Of a DNA stretch of 44,909 bases, positions 34,601-44,909 are shown piece after piece; position 1 is the first letter of the stretch, and the number at the start of each line of letters is the position of its first letter. This DNA is from Octopus bimaculoides (Eukaryota), in NCBI RefSeq assembly GCF_001194135.2, contig NC_068992.1, positions 37,397,881 through 37,442,789 of the forward strand. The letters run 5' to 3'. The notes under the pieces are model-generated. The model made no database searches, had not been told where the DNA came from, and was given only the letters and a program-made list of their open reading frames with translations. The position numbers were made by a program, and so were the translations under genes.

Positions 34601-34985
34601 CTTTTCCTGACGAGGATGTAGTCAATTTGGCTAGTGTGCCTGCCAGAACGGTAGGTGACTAGGTGACTGGCAGGTTTCCTGAAGTTAGTATTGCAGACCA
34701 TAAGGTCATTTGCATCACAGAACTCCACCAGTCTGGTGCCATCCTCATTCCAGGAACCAAAACCATAGCCTCCATGTACGCCATAGAAGTCCCCTGAATG
34801 TTGTCCAGCATGACCATTGAAGTCACCAGACACAAAGAGAAGGTCTCTGTCATTAATCAACGAGGTAGTCTGCAAGAGGGTGTCATAAAATCGGTCTTTC
34901 TGTCCGTCAGGTAACCCGGGCTGAGGGGCATAGGCCGAGATAATGGTTGCTAACCCATGGTGAAGGACTAATCTAATCTTAAGTA
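31666..34985 (-). mobile_element. Longest RTE LINE copy (about 3.3 kb): part of APE endonuclease, RT, C-terminal Cys-rich region, 3'UTR and (GAT)n tail; 5'-truncated and frameshifted
   Basis: EN motifs ISAYAPQ, GDFNGH, IDYILV and QHRLV. RT motifs QFGFVPGKSTTDAIF, HQGSVLSP and LLYADDLALIAES. The tail appears as (CAT)n at 31666-31688. Confidence 0.97.
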
Positions 34986-35671
34986 TTCTATGTATGTATA
35001 TATGTATATATTTATGTCTGTATATATACATACAGGAAATGAAGATGAAAATGCATAGAGAATATTTTTAGATTAAATAGAATTTAATTAGATTTTAAAA
35101 TATAGGAATACACTTGGCCAGCTTCACATTAGATTTTCAAAAGTGTATGCTATATGGAAATAGGTCAGAAATTATGTCTTTTCTGGTTGTTATTATATAA
35201 AAGTGTTATAGATAATTATCATTTATTATTCTGCCATAGAATAATGTTTCCAATTCATGCTAGTTCACCCCCACTGGATATGTTAAAACATATCCCTTCT
35301 TTGTTAAGGTGTTTTGTAGGTAAGATAATGAGGTGTGGAGCAAAGAAGATAGATGATAGCTGCTACATGATTTTTGGTTTTCTTAAGAATGAGTACAAGT
35401 AGACATCATCATCATCATCATCAACATTACTAATGTTTTTATAGCCTGTTCAGCCATGGCTTGTATTTTTGAATAAACAAATTTCCTTTATTATTCTTGT
35501 TTGATTTGTGGTATTGACTGTACATTGATAAAGTGGGAAGACAAGAAATTTGAAAGATTTGGTTTTTGAGCATGAGTTCAAATGTTCACTAAGTGGGATT
35601 TGTCTTGTCCAGAATCTTGTATTTGTTGATAATGAATTGTTAATTTCATTCTTAAAATAAGTTTAGTTTAT

Positions 35672-35885
35672 CTATCATCATCATTATTTAACATCCACCT
35701 TCCATGCTGGCATGAGCTGCATGGTTTAACACGATCCAACAGTTCCAAAGACTACATTATTTTAGTGCTTACTGTGACATGACTTCTACAGCTGGATGCC
35801 CTTCCTAATGCCAAACACTACACCATGTACTGAGTGCTTTTTTGTGGCACCAGCACTAGGGATGTCACTATGCAACTTGCAAGAC
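35672..35885 (-). mobile_element. RTE-type 3' tail of a composite repeat
   Basis: CATCAT..TTTAACATCCACCTTCCATGCTGGCATG..CTACAGCTGGATGCCCTTCCTAATGCCAA matches the RTE 3' end. It joins a purine-rich tract at TTGCAAGAC. Confidence 0.8.
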
Positions 35886-36693
35886 TAAAATCCCTTTTGA
35901 CTGAGTGAGTCTACAATAGAGAAGGTTACAATAGAGAAGGTTACAATAGAGACAAGGGAGTTAAAAATGTAAATGACAGGGAAAGACTAGAACAAGTTTC
36001 TTTCTGTAGAGGAGTTACATGGCTATTCACATTACAAAAGAGAGGATGGGGTGGAGCTGGAAAGAAATAAAGATAGTGGTGATTGCATGTCAAGATGAAC
36101 CCTCAAGGTATGAAGTGAGTAGAAGTGAGTGAGGAAAGGAGATTAGTGAGTATAAGTGGATAGATATTTCAAGTGTATATGGAAGAGAGATAGTTAGAGA
36201 CAAGAAAATAGGGAGGGAGTAAATATAATGAAGGAAGAATAAGTGTTGAGAAAGGACAAGCAGTTAAGAGTAGGTGACAACTGTATATACAAGGTAAGGT
36301 TGAGGGGTGGATGTAGAGAATGGTGGATAAGGGATGGGGATGGACAATGAGGATATGCAGCTGGATAGGTTATAAGAATTCTAAGGGAAGAGGCAGTATA
36401 GTGAATGGAGAGAGTGAGAGAGATGGTGGAGGAAAGATAATTTAGTGGTAAATTAATGTAATATATAGATGGAAAAGAAGTATTCAGAATAAAGAGAAGA
36501 TATCAAATGAAATAGTTGTGAGTAGTAAGAAAGCTAAGTAGTATTAGGGAAAAACTGGTGAAGTAAGCAGTTCTGCCTACATATTATTACAGTAGCAGAA
36601 GACTGCAGTTAAAAAGATGATAGGTGATATAGATGGCTTCAAGAGGAAGTTGAGTGAAGGGAAGGGCAGTTGTGCATGCATGCATGCACACGT

Positions 36694-36694
<1 letters not shown>

Positions 36695-36728
<34 letters not shown>

Positions 36729-36777
36729 GACACATACACACACACACATACAGACACATACACACACACACACACAT
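36695..36777. repeat. (CA)n-rich microsatellite
   Basis: Directly visible. Confidence 0.95.
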
Positions 36778-36779
36778 TG

Positions 36780-38345
36780 TGCTCCCTGAATCAGTTTCAT
36801 TGAGATGGGCAGTCATCCCAGTCCATGAAGTTTAAGATCAGCCATCACAACTTCGACTTGTATTTTCCAAGATCTTCCTCTTCCAAAGCTCCATCCAAAT
36901 TACGTGATTGTCATTTCTTTTTACAGATGCCTTCATCTAAATCTATTACATGTCCCATATCAGTAGTCTTCATTTTGACACACTACATCTGATTTTGCTC
37001 ATGCATAAGTACATTGCATGTCCAACAGAGCATGCTAGCTTCTTTTTTTCTAGTCTTCTCAAGTTCTCTGCATTCAAGACTTATGTCTCACTACCATGCA
37101 GTATTGCAGTTTTAACACAAGCATTATACAATCTGCCCTTCATGCTGAAGGAAAAGACCTTTGTTTCTAGCAGCAGTAGAACCTTATTGCAGTTTTTCCA
37201 GCTCATTTTACCCCTGGTCACTATACTTTTGGAGCAACCACCCCCACTGCTAATTACATCTCTCAAGTAACAAAAGCTATCAATTACTTCTAGTGAACCA
37301 TCTGAGAAATTAAGAGAATTCATTTCTCACGTGCTCATAGTAAATATTGCTCTAGAGCATCAGTCACATATGGAGTTTACTTTCTCTGTTAATCTGCCTA
37401 TGATTTCCTACACCAATTGTGTGTCCATAACTTACACTGAGTACAGCATATGCAGTTTATATCCACTCTCATTATGCATGTAAAGCAAAGCTACTTCCGA
37501 GGGTCCTGTCTTCTTTTCTATTCACAAAAATAAGTCTTTACTAAGTTTACCTTCCAGCCTCTGGATTCCAGATCTAGTTTCCATGCCTGAAAATTTCTCT
37601 CTAATTCAGCTATAGATTCAGCTATGGAAACTTGGTCTTCAGTCTTCGGTTTATAGGAGTTTTCATAGACTGCCAATCTTAAACTCCTCAGTGATGGCCT
37701 GCAGACAATGATGATAGAAGAGAACTGAGGATTGAGCCTTGATGGACTCCTATCTTAAACTAAATTCATCACTGAAATTATTGTTGATATACTGTGTCTT
37801 TGTACATGGTTTCTAGAGCCTGTTTGCCTTTGTGACCACCAAATTACTGAATGTGGCACCCTATCAAAAGCCTTCTCCAAGTTAACAAATACCAGGAATA
37901 ATAGTTTACACTTAGCCAAGTATTTTTTGTGCAGTTACCAGAAAGATAAAATTGTATTCACAGTGCTTCTTTTGGGCATGAAACCAAATTGCATCTCATC
38001 TAAGTCCACTCTGTCACGAGTCAATTATGTTATGACTCTTTCTGTGACTTTCACAGTAACTGGATTCCTTTATGATTTCTTCTCTCTAAATCATCTCTTT
38101 TATCTTGGTAACAGTTTATGATAATACTTCTACACCAGTCATTGTGTTTAACACTATAGCTTGATTAACCATCCAGATGGTAATCAAGTATCCTACCCCT
38201 CTAGATGTTTTGAGCATCTCCACAATACAGAGACACATAGCATTCCCTCTGTTTATGTACTTAACCACCTTATCTATCATATTAATTGCTGGCAGGGACA
38301 CCATATTTCATTTTGTAACTATGATATACTACCCAGTATAGTGTG
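36780..38345 (-). mobile_element. Old, heavily degenerate RTE LINE (RT to ORF end)
   Basis: QFGFMPKRSTVNTIL, EKAFD, LEVIDSFCYLRDVISSGGGCSKSIV..GRLYNACVKTAILHGSET, GRGRSWK. Confidence 0.85.
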
Positions 38346-38749
38346 ATACAATTACTTTTAAGTTATCTCTACAGATTTTCTATAGAATTTGGAGCAAGCA
38401 ATAAATATAATAAAAACCCTCATATGGCTAGAAACAAAACTGATGAAAGTACAGTTATTTGGAAAAATGTAATGGAAAGAACTAACAAATGAAAGAGCAG
38501 ATTTTGGAGTGAGAAGGGAAGTCACTAAGTCACAGAAAAGGTTGTAAACAGTAAAAAAGAACTTTGACTAACAAACTAACAATTGACTGTTTAACCAGCA
38601 CATTAAACAAATGATAGATTAGTTTGTTGATTAGATATTTAACCAGTGGAATTGAACCTGCATGTATGTTTTTATTATTGGCATAATGACTCTCCCAAGA
38701 CACAGCAAAATAGTAAAACATACAAGTAAAACCCACAATAAAATTAAAC

Positions 38750-39148
38750 ACAGGCATGGTGGTGTGGTTAAGAAGCTCACTTCACAACTACATAATCACA
38801 TGATTTCGGATTCAGTTCACTGTATGCCACTTCAGTCAAGTTTCTTCTACTATAGCACCAGGCTGACCAATGCCTTGAGTGAAGCCGAATGACGGAAATT
38901 GTATGGAAGCCCATCATGTACATGTGTGTGTGTATCTTTGTGTTAGTTTGTCCCTGCCCCCATCACTTAACAACCAGTGTTGTTTTGTTTACATCCCCAC
39001 AACTTAACGGTTCACTAAAAGAGACAGATAGAATAAGTACCAAGCTTTAAAAATAACTACTGGAGTTGATTTGTTTGCCTAAACCCTTCAAAATAGTGCT
39101 TCAGCATAGCCACTGTTCAATGACCAAAACAAGTTAAAGATAAAAGAT
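38750..39148 (+). mobile_element. tRNA-derived SINE (same family as 29285-29678)
   Basis: GGTGTGGTTAAGAAGCTCACTTC head, TTCTTCTACTATAGC, internal (GT)n, GATAGAATAAGTACC block and an (AAAGAT)-like tail. Confidence 0.85.
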
Positions 39149-39677
39149 ATACAAAATTTAAGAATAAAGATGAAACAAATGGACACTGCACAAACTAAAA
39201 ACTAACCAAAAAGGTAGGATAGAAAATAACATAATTCATTCTGACATTTCTGAAACTGAATACTCAAACTACACATGTTCAAGAAAACTCATAAAGGGTA
39301 ATTATGACATACCTCCATTGAACATTACTACCACTTACAAAAATAGATAGCCATATTGAACTGAGAAAAAGAAAAGCAACATTATTTAACATGCCTTATG
39401 TGTAAACGGCAGGATAAATATACCTAAAGTACAAACTTATTTTCAAACCATAAATATAATTGCAATATAAATAAGTATACAGTTAAATTCTCTTACTCTA
39501 TAAATTATAAATATGCTCTAAGGTTTGTAAAATGAACAAGTATACTAAAATTGATACATATGCAAAGCAACAATATTTAGACAGAGACAGAAAAACAGAA
39601 AGCCAAACAGACAAACAGACTGACAAACAATTAGATAGACAGATGGACAAATAGATAAATAGAAACATACATAAATA

Positions 39678-40930
39678 TGAAGGAGTACCCAAAAGTAACC
39701 AGAAATATTTTCTGTGTGACAAGCCCATTGTAGTTCAGGCTTCCACCATTAGAAGCCACTTGATGTAACCCTCAGAGATCAGTTTGCCAACTGGTGGCAT
39801 CAATTGAAGTCATACTGCCACGTAGTGCATCTTTGTTTTGCATTGTATCTCCTCTGTTCATTGATTTTTGTGATGGCTGAAATGAAAGGACAGCTGGGGA
39901 AAGCAGCAGCAGCCAAAATTGTTGTCATATTTCAAACAGCTTACAAGGATGCTGCCATGAGCAAAACAAAAGTTTACAAGTGGTTTTTACACTTTAGGAA
40001 TGGGCACTTATTGTTTGAAGGCTAACCTCATTCAGGATAACTGAACAAATGGAAACATCATGAAAACTCATGAACTGATCTTGGAGGGCTATCACCAAAC
40101 AACTGATGAACTTGCTGATATGACTGGTGTGTTATGGGGCTCCTGACAACGAATTTGGAGCAAGGAGTTGCAGCAAAATTTGTGCTTCACTTGCTCATGG
40201 AAAATCAAAAGCAGTCATGACTGAATGCATGTTGTAAACTGAAAGAACAGCTGGAAGTTGATCCAGACCTTTTTTTTAAAGGTCATCACTGGTGACGAAA
40301 GCTGGTGCTAAGGCTACAACCCAGAAACAAAGCAGCAACCAAATCAATGGAAACATTCAATGTCACCACACTCCCAAAAAGTTCATCAAGTGAAGTCCAA
40401 TGTCAAGATGATGCTGATTTGTTTCATCAATGCCAAAGGGATTATCCACACAGTATTTGTTCTTCCAGGCCAAACTGTTAACCAGACTTATTACTTGGCA
40501 GTTCTGAAGCATTTGCAAGACACGGAGAGATGAAAACGCCCTGACCAGTGGCAAAGTTGAGAGTGATGGTTTCATCATTACAATGCACCTTTGCACACCG
40601 CCTTGAGTGTGAGACAGGTTTTTTAAAAGTAGCATGACCCCATTTACCCACGCTCCCTATCCACCCGATCTTGCTCCCTGCAATATGTTTTTGTACCCCC
40701 AAATGAAAACGTTTTGCAAATGTGGAAGAGATGAAGAAAAAAAATGACAGAAGTATTAAAAAGCATCACTTTGCAAGAGTTCTAGGACTGCTTTGAACAG
40801 TGGAAAATGCATCTGGACTGATGCATTGCTTCAAATGTAGAATACTTTGAAGGCAATAAAAGTGTAAACATGTAAAACTAAGAGAATAAAATAATATTGC
40901 AAAATTCCAGTTTCTTTTGGGTAACCCTTG
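39678..40930 (+). mobile_element. Full-length mariner (DD34D-type) transposon, about 1.25 kb, inactive
   Basis: TA at 39676-39677 and 40931-40932. TIRs of about 28 bp (TGAAGGAGTACCCAAAAGTAACCAGAA vs reverse complement CAAGGGTTACCCAAAAGAAACTGGAA). Motifs KFVLHLL, ITGDESWC, HHYNAP.H and PYPPDLAPCN show the 2nd and 3rd catalytic Asp mutated. Confidence 0.93.
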
Positions 40931-40969
40931 TACATATTTCTTTGTCCCTTCTTCCTCACCCTGCATGCT

Positions 40970-41237
40970 ATCATTGTCATCATCATAATTTAATATTCAC
41001 TTTCCATGCTGGCATGAGTAGGCTGCTTTGACAAGGAAGCAGAAGCTGCAGGATAGCATCAAGCTTCAATTTCATTTGGCATGGTTTCTCTATCTCTATG
41101 CCTCTCCTAGTGTCAATCACTTAACAGAGTGTACCTGATGCTTTTTTTTTTTGTGCCACCAACACAACTTCACAGAATTATTGGGTGCTTTTTTCATGCC
41201 ACTAGCACAAGTGAGGTTGCCTTGTAATTTGCAAGAC
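40970..41237 (-). mobile_element. RTE-type 3' tail of a composite repeat (second copy)
   Basis: CATCATC..TTTAATATTCACTTTCCATGCTGGCATG..; ends at the same TTGCAAGAC junction as 35672-35885. Confidence 0.75.
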
Positions 41238-41559
41238 AGAAAAAGAGGTGGAGAAATACACCAGGTGTCAAAAGGTTAAAGTATGATAGTGTCTTGCTAT
41301 AGAGGAGATATATGAATAAAGGAGATAAGAGTAAGTTAATGATGGGTGCTAAAACAAACTCTTAATGAACAAGGTGGGCACAAGAAAGGATGAGGATAGT
41401 AGATCATTGGCGGGGATGAGAGAGTGGATGTTGTAGAAAGATGTGTAAGGTGTAGGAACTGTAGAGAAGGAGAGATAGCAGTACATAAGGGGCTATAGGG
41501 CTATAGTGGGGTTGGTAATGATGGTAGATATGAGAAGGTATTGAGAATGATAGCAGATA

Positions 41560-41866
41560 AGAGGTGTTTAGAATAGAGTGTAGCAGAAGCGGTAAAGGCT
41601 AGTAGCTGAAGGCACAGAAAGGGGGTAATTAGTTGGAATAGTGTGGATAGGCATGATGAGGAATGAGAGTAGTTCAGTGAGGAGACCGTTTCGGAGGGTA
41701 TATGAGCATTTTTTGTTCTTGAGTGTGAATACAGTGACCATGCAGTACCATAGATTGACAGGAGGAATACCTGACGTATCAGGGAGGGAAGAGTGGAGAC
41801 ATAGTTTCACACATAGGAGCATATCTGAGAGGTTTAAGGATATCATTTTTGCTGTAATGGGCAAGT
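41560..41866 (-). mobile_element. Penelope-like GIY-YIG endonuclease remnant
   Basis: Across frames the minus strand gives TCPLQQK, YVRYSSCQSMVLHGHCIHTQEQK..TTLIPH and ..RFCYTLF, echoing CPL.G..YVG....R...H....T.L..C.LC. A CT-rich tract follows on the sense strand. Confidence 0.45.
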
Positions 41867-41879
41867 CTTCTTGAGCACA

Positions 41880-42345
41880 ACAAGACACCAATCTTCTTGG
41901 TCCTGTGCCATCTCCTCCATAAGGTTCAACATCTTGAGATCAGCCTTCAGTACTTTGTCCCATGTTTTCCTGGGTCTACTCTTTCATGAGTTCCATCCAC
42001 TTTAAGTGATCAACACTTCTTTATACAACTATTGTCATCTATGTGCATCACATGACCAAATCAATGCAGTTTTCTCTCTTGCATGCTACATCTGATTCCT
42101 CTTATGCTTAACTTTTCAGTTAATACATTTACATTTTGTAGTACATGCACATTAATATTGCAGATCCAGTGGAGCATGCTAGTTTCATTCCTCTCTAGCT
42201 TTCACATGTCCTTTACATTCAGGATCCATGTCTCACTACCATGTAATCTTGTTGTTCATACACAGGCATCATACAATCTTCCTCTCTCCTGGAGAAAGAG
42301 ATTTCTTGTTGCCAACAGAGGTAATAGCTCTCTGGACTTTTTCCA
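41880..42345 (-). mobile_element. RTE LINE ORF 3' end, degenerate
   Basis: LLPLLATRNL..LYDACV..SETWILNVKDM..MLHWIC..RPRKTWDKVLKADL. Confidence 0.85.
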
Positions 42346-42829
42346 TCCTACAGAGGAGGAGGAGGAGGAGGAAGATATTCCTTGAAATCCATGAAACTAC
42401 ATTTTGATCGTTCTGCTTGTAGGTCTGGTCAAATGCAACAAATATCTTAATCAATGTGGTTAAAAACACTTAACAACTAAAATCATGTAAAGAATACTCT
42501 ATCATTTTATGCAGAACAAGCTGCTTTGTGCATTAAGAATTAATTTTCCAAAAACTAAGTAAACATAAATTGAATTTTCTGATTAGTGACATACTTGCCA
42601 GTAGTAACTATATGTACAATCTTTCTCTGGTAATTTATGCCATTTCAAAAGATTTGTACTGTGGGACAGAAAGTGGTTGTATTGATCCCCTTTTCTTGTC
42701 CAAGGAGAATTTAAGACAATTGTTTATATTCACATGTATGTTTGATTGCATATGATAGCAACAGCTTAACCTCTTAGCATTCAAACTAAGATCAGGCTCT
42801 CACACATCTTCATCAATATCACTGCTTTA

Positions 42830-43030
42830 ACAATGCTTGCATGTGTCAAGGAGAATCTGTTGGTTGGCTTCCTTTTCTGCTGCTAACCTCCACCTGTTTT
42901 CAAGTAAGTTAATATTTCCTCATGGTTGAACATGTTTACATGGAAGGTTAGAAATGAATGGCACTACTTGTACAATGAAGACACTAATTTATAACTGTCA
43001 TGTGATATCAAAACAAGGAGACAGAAATAC
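42830..43030 (-). mobile_element. SINE body fragment (matches 31230-31390)
   Basis: Reverse complement TGTCTCCTTGTTTTGATATCACATGACAGTTATAAATTAGTG..ATATTAACTTACTTGAAAACAGGTGGAGGTTAGC resembles the 31073-31480 SINE. Confidence 0.65.
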
Positions 43031-43284
43031 ATACACACACATATATACATACATACATATCAATTAATAACAAAAGAACAGGAGTTATGCAATTACTTTC
43101 ATTAACTTAGAAATGTTTCTGCTATAAGAAGCTTTTTGTTCCTTTTTGTCAGAAGAGCGCCATCACTTCACTGAACTTGCACGACCATGTGCACACAGGA
43201 GACTCTTTAGCCTAGCTTCCATTCTGCAAGAAAACTCACAAAAGTGACCCTTGAGCTGCCTGTATTTGGTGCTTTGTCTTTTCG

Positions 43285-43380
43285 TCCAGTTTCACTTTGT
43301 CCAACGTCACTTCATCTGACATCTTTTCGTCCGACGTCTTTTTGTCCGATGACTTTTTGTCCAATGACTTTTTGTCCAAT
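43285..43380. repeat. Imperfect tandem array of a 15-bp-scale TTT(C/T)GTCC(A/G)A motif
   Basis: TTTTCGTCCAG, CTTTGTCCAA, TTTTCGTCCGA, TTTTTGTCCGA and GACTTTTTGTCCAAT x2. Confidence 0.85.
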
Positions 43381-43531
43381 TTTAAATAATTTTTTTAGAA
43401 AACAAGGTGAAATATCTCTAATGATATATTCACAGAACTATAATGAGCCTCATTATAGGATTGTTATAATCGTTCTTTTTCCTTCTCTGTCAACAATTTT
43501 ACTTTCTCTTTTTCCTTCTCTTTCTTAAGTA

Positions 43532-44909
43532 TGGTGCTATGTATACAGAGTGCTGTGTATAGAGTGTGGTGTGTGCATACGAGTAGATGTAATCGCCTTA
43601 CCTCGGTTTTCCTTTCCTCGACTGCGAGTCTGTCTTGCGGTATCCAATCCTTGAAGCTTGCCCCGACCCAAAGTACACCAGGAATAGTATCTGCCTCTCC
43701 CAAACCTATAACCGTCGCTTAACATCTTGTCCTGACCACAACCCCGTTCGAAAAGAGCACGAATCCTGATCGAGGTTCCCTCTGCCCTTTTTCCCCTTCC
43801 GGTCAGCCTCCCCAGACACTGACGTCATACCACACGCCACCCTGATCTTAAAAATCACGTTCACCCCTACTCCAATTCGAAGTCCCCCATNNNNNNNNNN
43901 NNNNNNNNNNNNNNNNNNNNNNNNNNNNNNNNNNNNNNNNNNNNNNNNNNNNNNNNNNNNNNNNNNNNNNNNNNNNNNNNNNNNNNNNNNNNNNNNNNNN
44001 NNNNNNNNNNNNNNNNNNNNNNNNNNNNNNNNNNNNNNNNNNNNNNNNNNNNNNNNNNNNNNNNNNNNNNNNNNNNNNNNNNNNNNNNNNNNNNNNNNNN
44101 NNNNNNNNNNNNNNNNNNNNNNNNNNNNNNNNNNNNNNNNNNNNNNNNNNNNNNNNNNNNNNNNNNNNNNNNNNNNNNNNNNNNNNNNNNNNNNNNNNNN
44201 NNNNNNNNNNNNNNNNNNNNNNNNNNNNNNNNNNNNNNNNNNNNNNNNNNNNNNNNNNNNNNNNNNNNNNNNNNNNNNNNNNNNNNNNNNNNNNNNNNNN
44301 NNNNNNNNNNNNNNNNNNNNNNNNNNNNNNNNNNNNNNNNNNNNNNNNNNNNNNNNNNNNNNNNNNNNNNNNNNNNNNNNNNNNNNNNNNNNNNNNNNNN
44401 NNNNNNNNNNNNNNNNNNNNNNNNNNNNNNNNNNNNNNNNNNNNNNNNNNNNGTCCATTAGCAGTTCTTCCACAGGACCCCTCTCCAAGAATATCCCGTT
44501 CAGAATGCGGGCAATCTCATCGGCAATGCCTGTCCTCAGCTCCCTCCAAATGGCCAGCCGGCCCGGCCCGCAGTTGACCATGCTGAGATACATTTCCTGA
44601 CGGTCACATCCACAGCCAGTCTCCTCCAGTTGCACTCTACTGAGAGGTTCCCCTGCTCATGCCCACCCGGGACGGGGTCAATGGACTGGCATCTGTCACA
44701 TTTCACGACCACTTTCTTAATGTTTCTCCTAGTGACGTCAGCATCAACCATTTTCGCCAGATACAGGGTCCTATCCACCCCCAAGTGGTGCATAGCATGT
44801 AGCTCCTTCAGTTCGGAGTCACCCAGCCGACACGCTGTCGCTATCCCTTTCCTAGCTTCCTCCGGTTCCTCCAGCCACGCCCTTTTCACCCTGGTCAGTG
44901 CGTCCGCCC
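43532..44909 (-). mobile_element. GC-rich Ty3/Gypsy element (integrase + probable 3' LTR about 43532-43724), running off the window end and spanning gap 43891-44452
   Basis: Integrase HHCC region LHAMHHLGVDRTLYLA..CDRCQSIDP and core RLAVDVT..NCGPGRLAIWR..IFLERGPVEELLMD. The putative LTR starts TGTTAAGCG on the minus strand at 43724. Its other boundary is tentative because the partner LTR is outside the window. Confidence 0.85.

Noticed and set aside
35240-35324. Plus-strand AG...AG|GTAAGA exon-like segment (IMFPIHASSPPLDMLKHIPSLLRCFV)
   Set aside because: There is no recognisable protein similarity and no partner exons. Such sites arise by chance in AT-rich DNA.
1-44909. Any intact, currently functional transposase or RT ORF, or a bacterial-type defence or enzymatic system
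   Set aside because: Every TE coding region inspected has stops, frameshifts or mutated catalytic residues, and no operon-like or non-TE enzyme cluster is visible.

Overview
Repeat-dense animal genomic DNA with five N-gaps (5800-6069, 7607-8462, 24379-24937, 28858-28964, 43891-44452). The repeat repertoire suggests a cephalopod, probably an Octopus species (inference). Nearly all of the window appears to be intron of a minus-strand host gene. One clear coding exon (30058-30238, AG/GT-bounded) matches my recollection of IQCH. The rest is transposon-derived: about eight RTE-clade LINE copies (one 3.3 kb), a BovB-like LINE remnant split by a full Ty3/Gypsy element that itself contains a second nested Gypsy, a third Gypsy at the right edge, Penelope-like remnants, a decayed piggyBac, a full-length mariner, a DD41D (rosa/Visitor-type) transposon with an inverted partial copy, a hAT-like remnant, a Dong/R4-type tail in (TAA)n, a hairpin MITE, several tRNA-SINEs, a 5S rRNA pseudogene and many microsatellites. 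No intact TE ORF, CRISPR array or clearly new enzymatic system is supported. The most novel-looking leads are a 5S copy joined head-to-tail to a tRNA-SINE, a recurring Penelope-body/RTE-tail composite, a nested LTR element ending in AA rather than CA in both LTRs, a duplicated PPT, an unclassified repeat present in 3-4 copies, and a strong CpG-decay signature. All alignments were done by eye and family names come from remembered motifs, not database searches.
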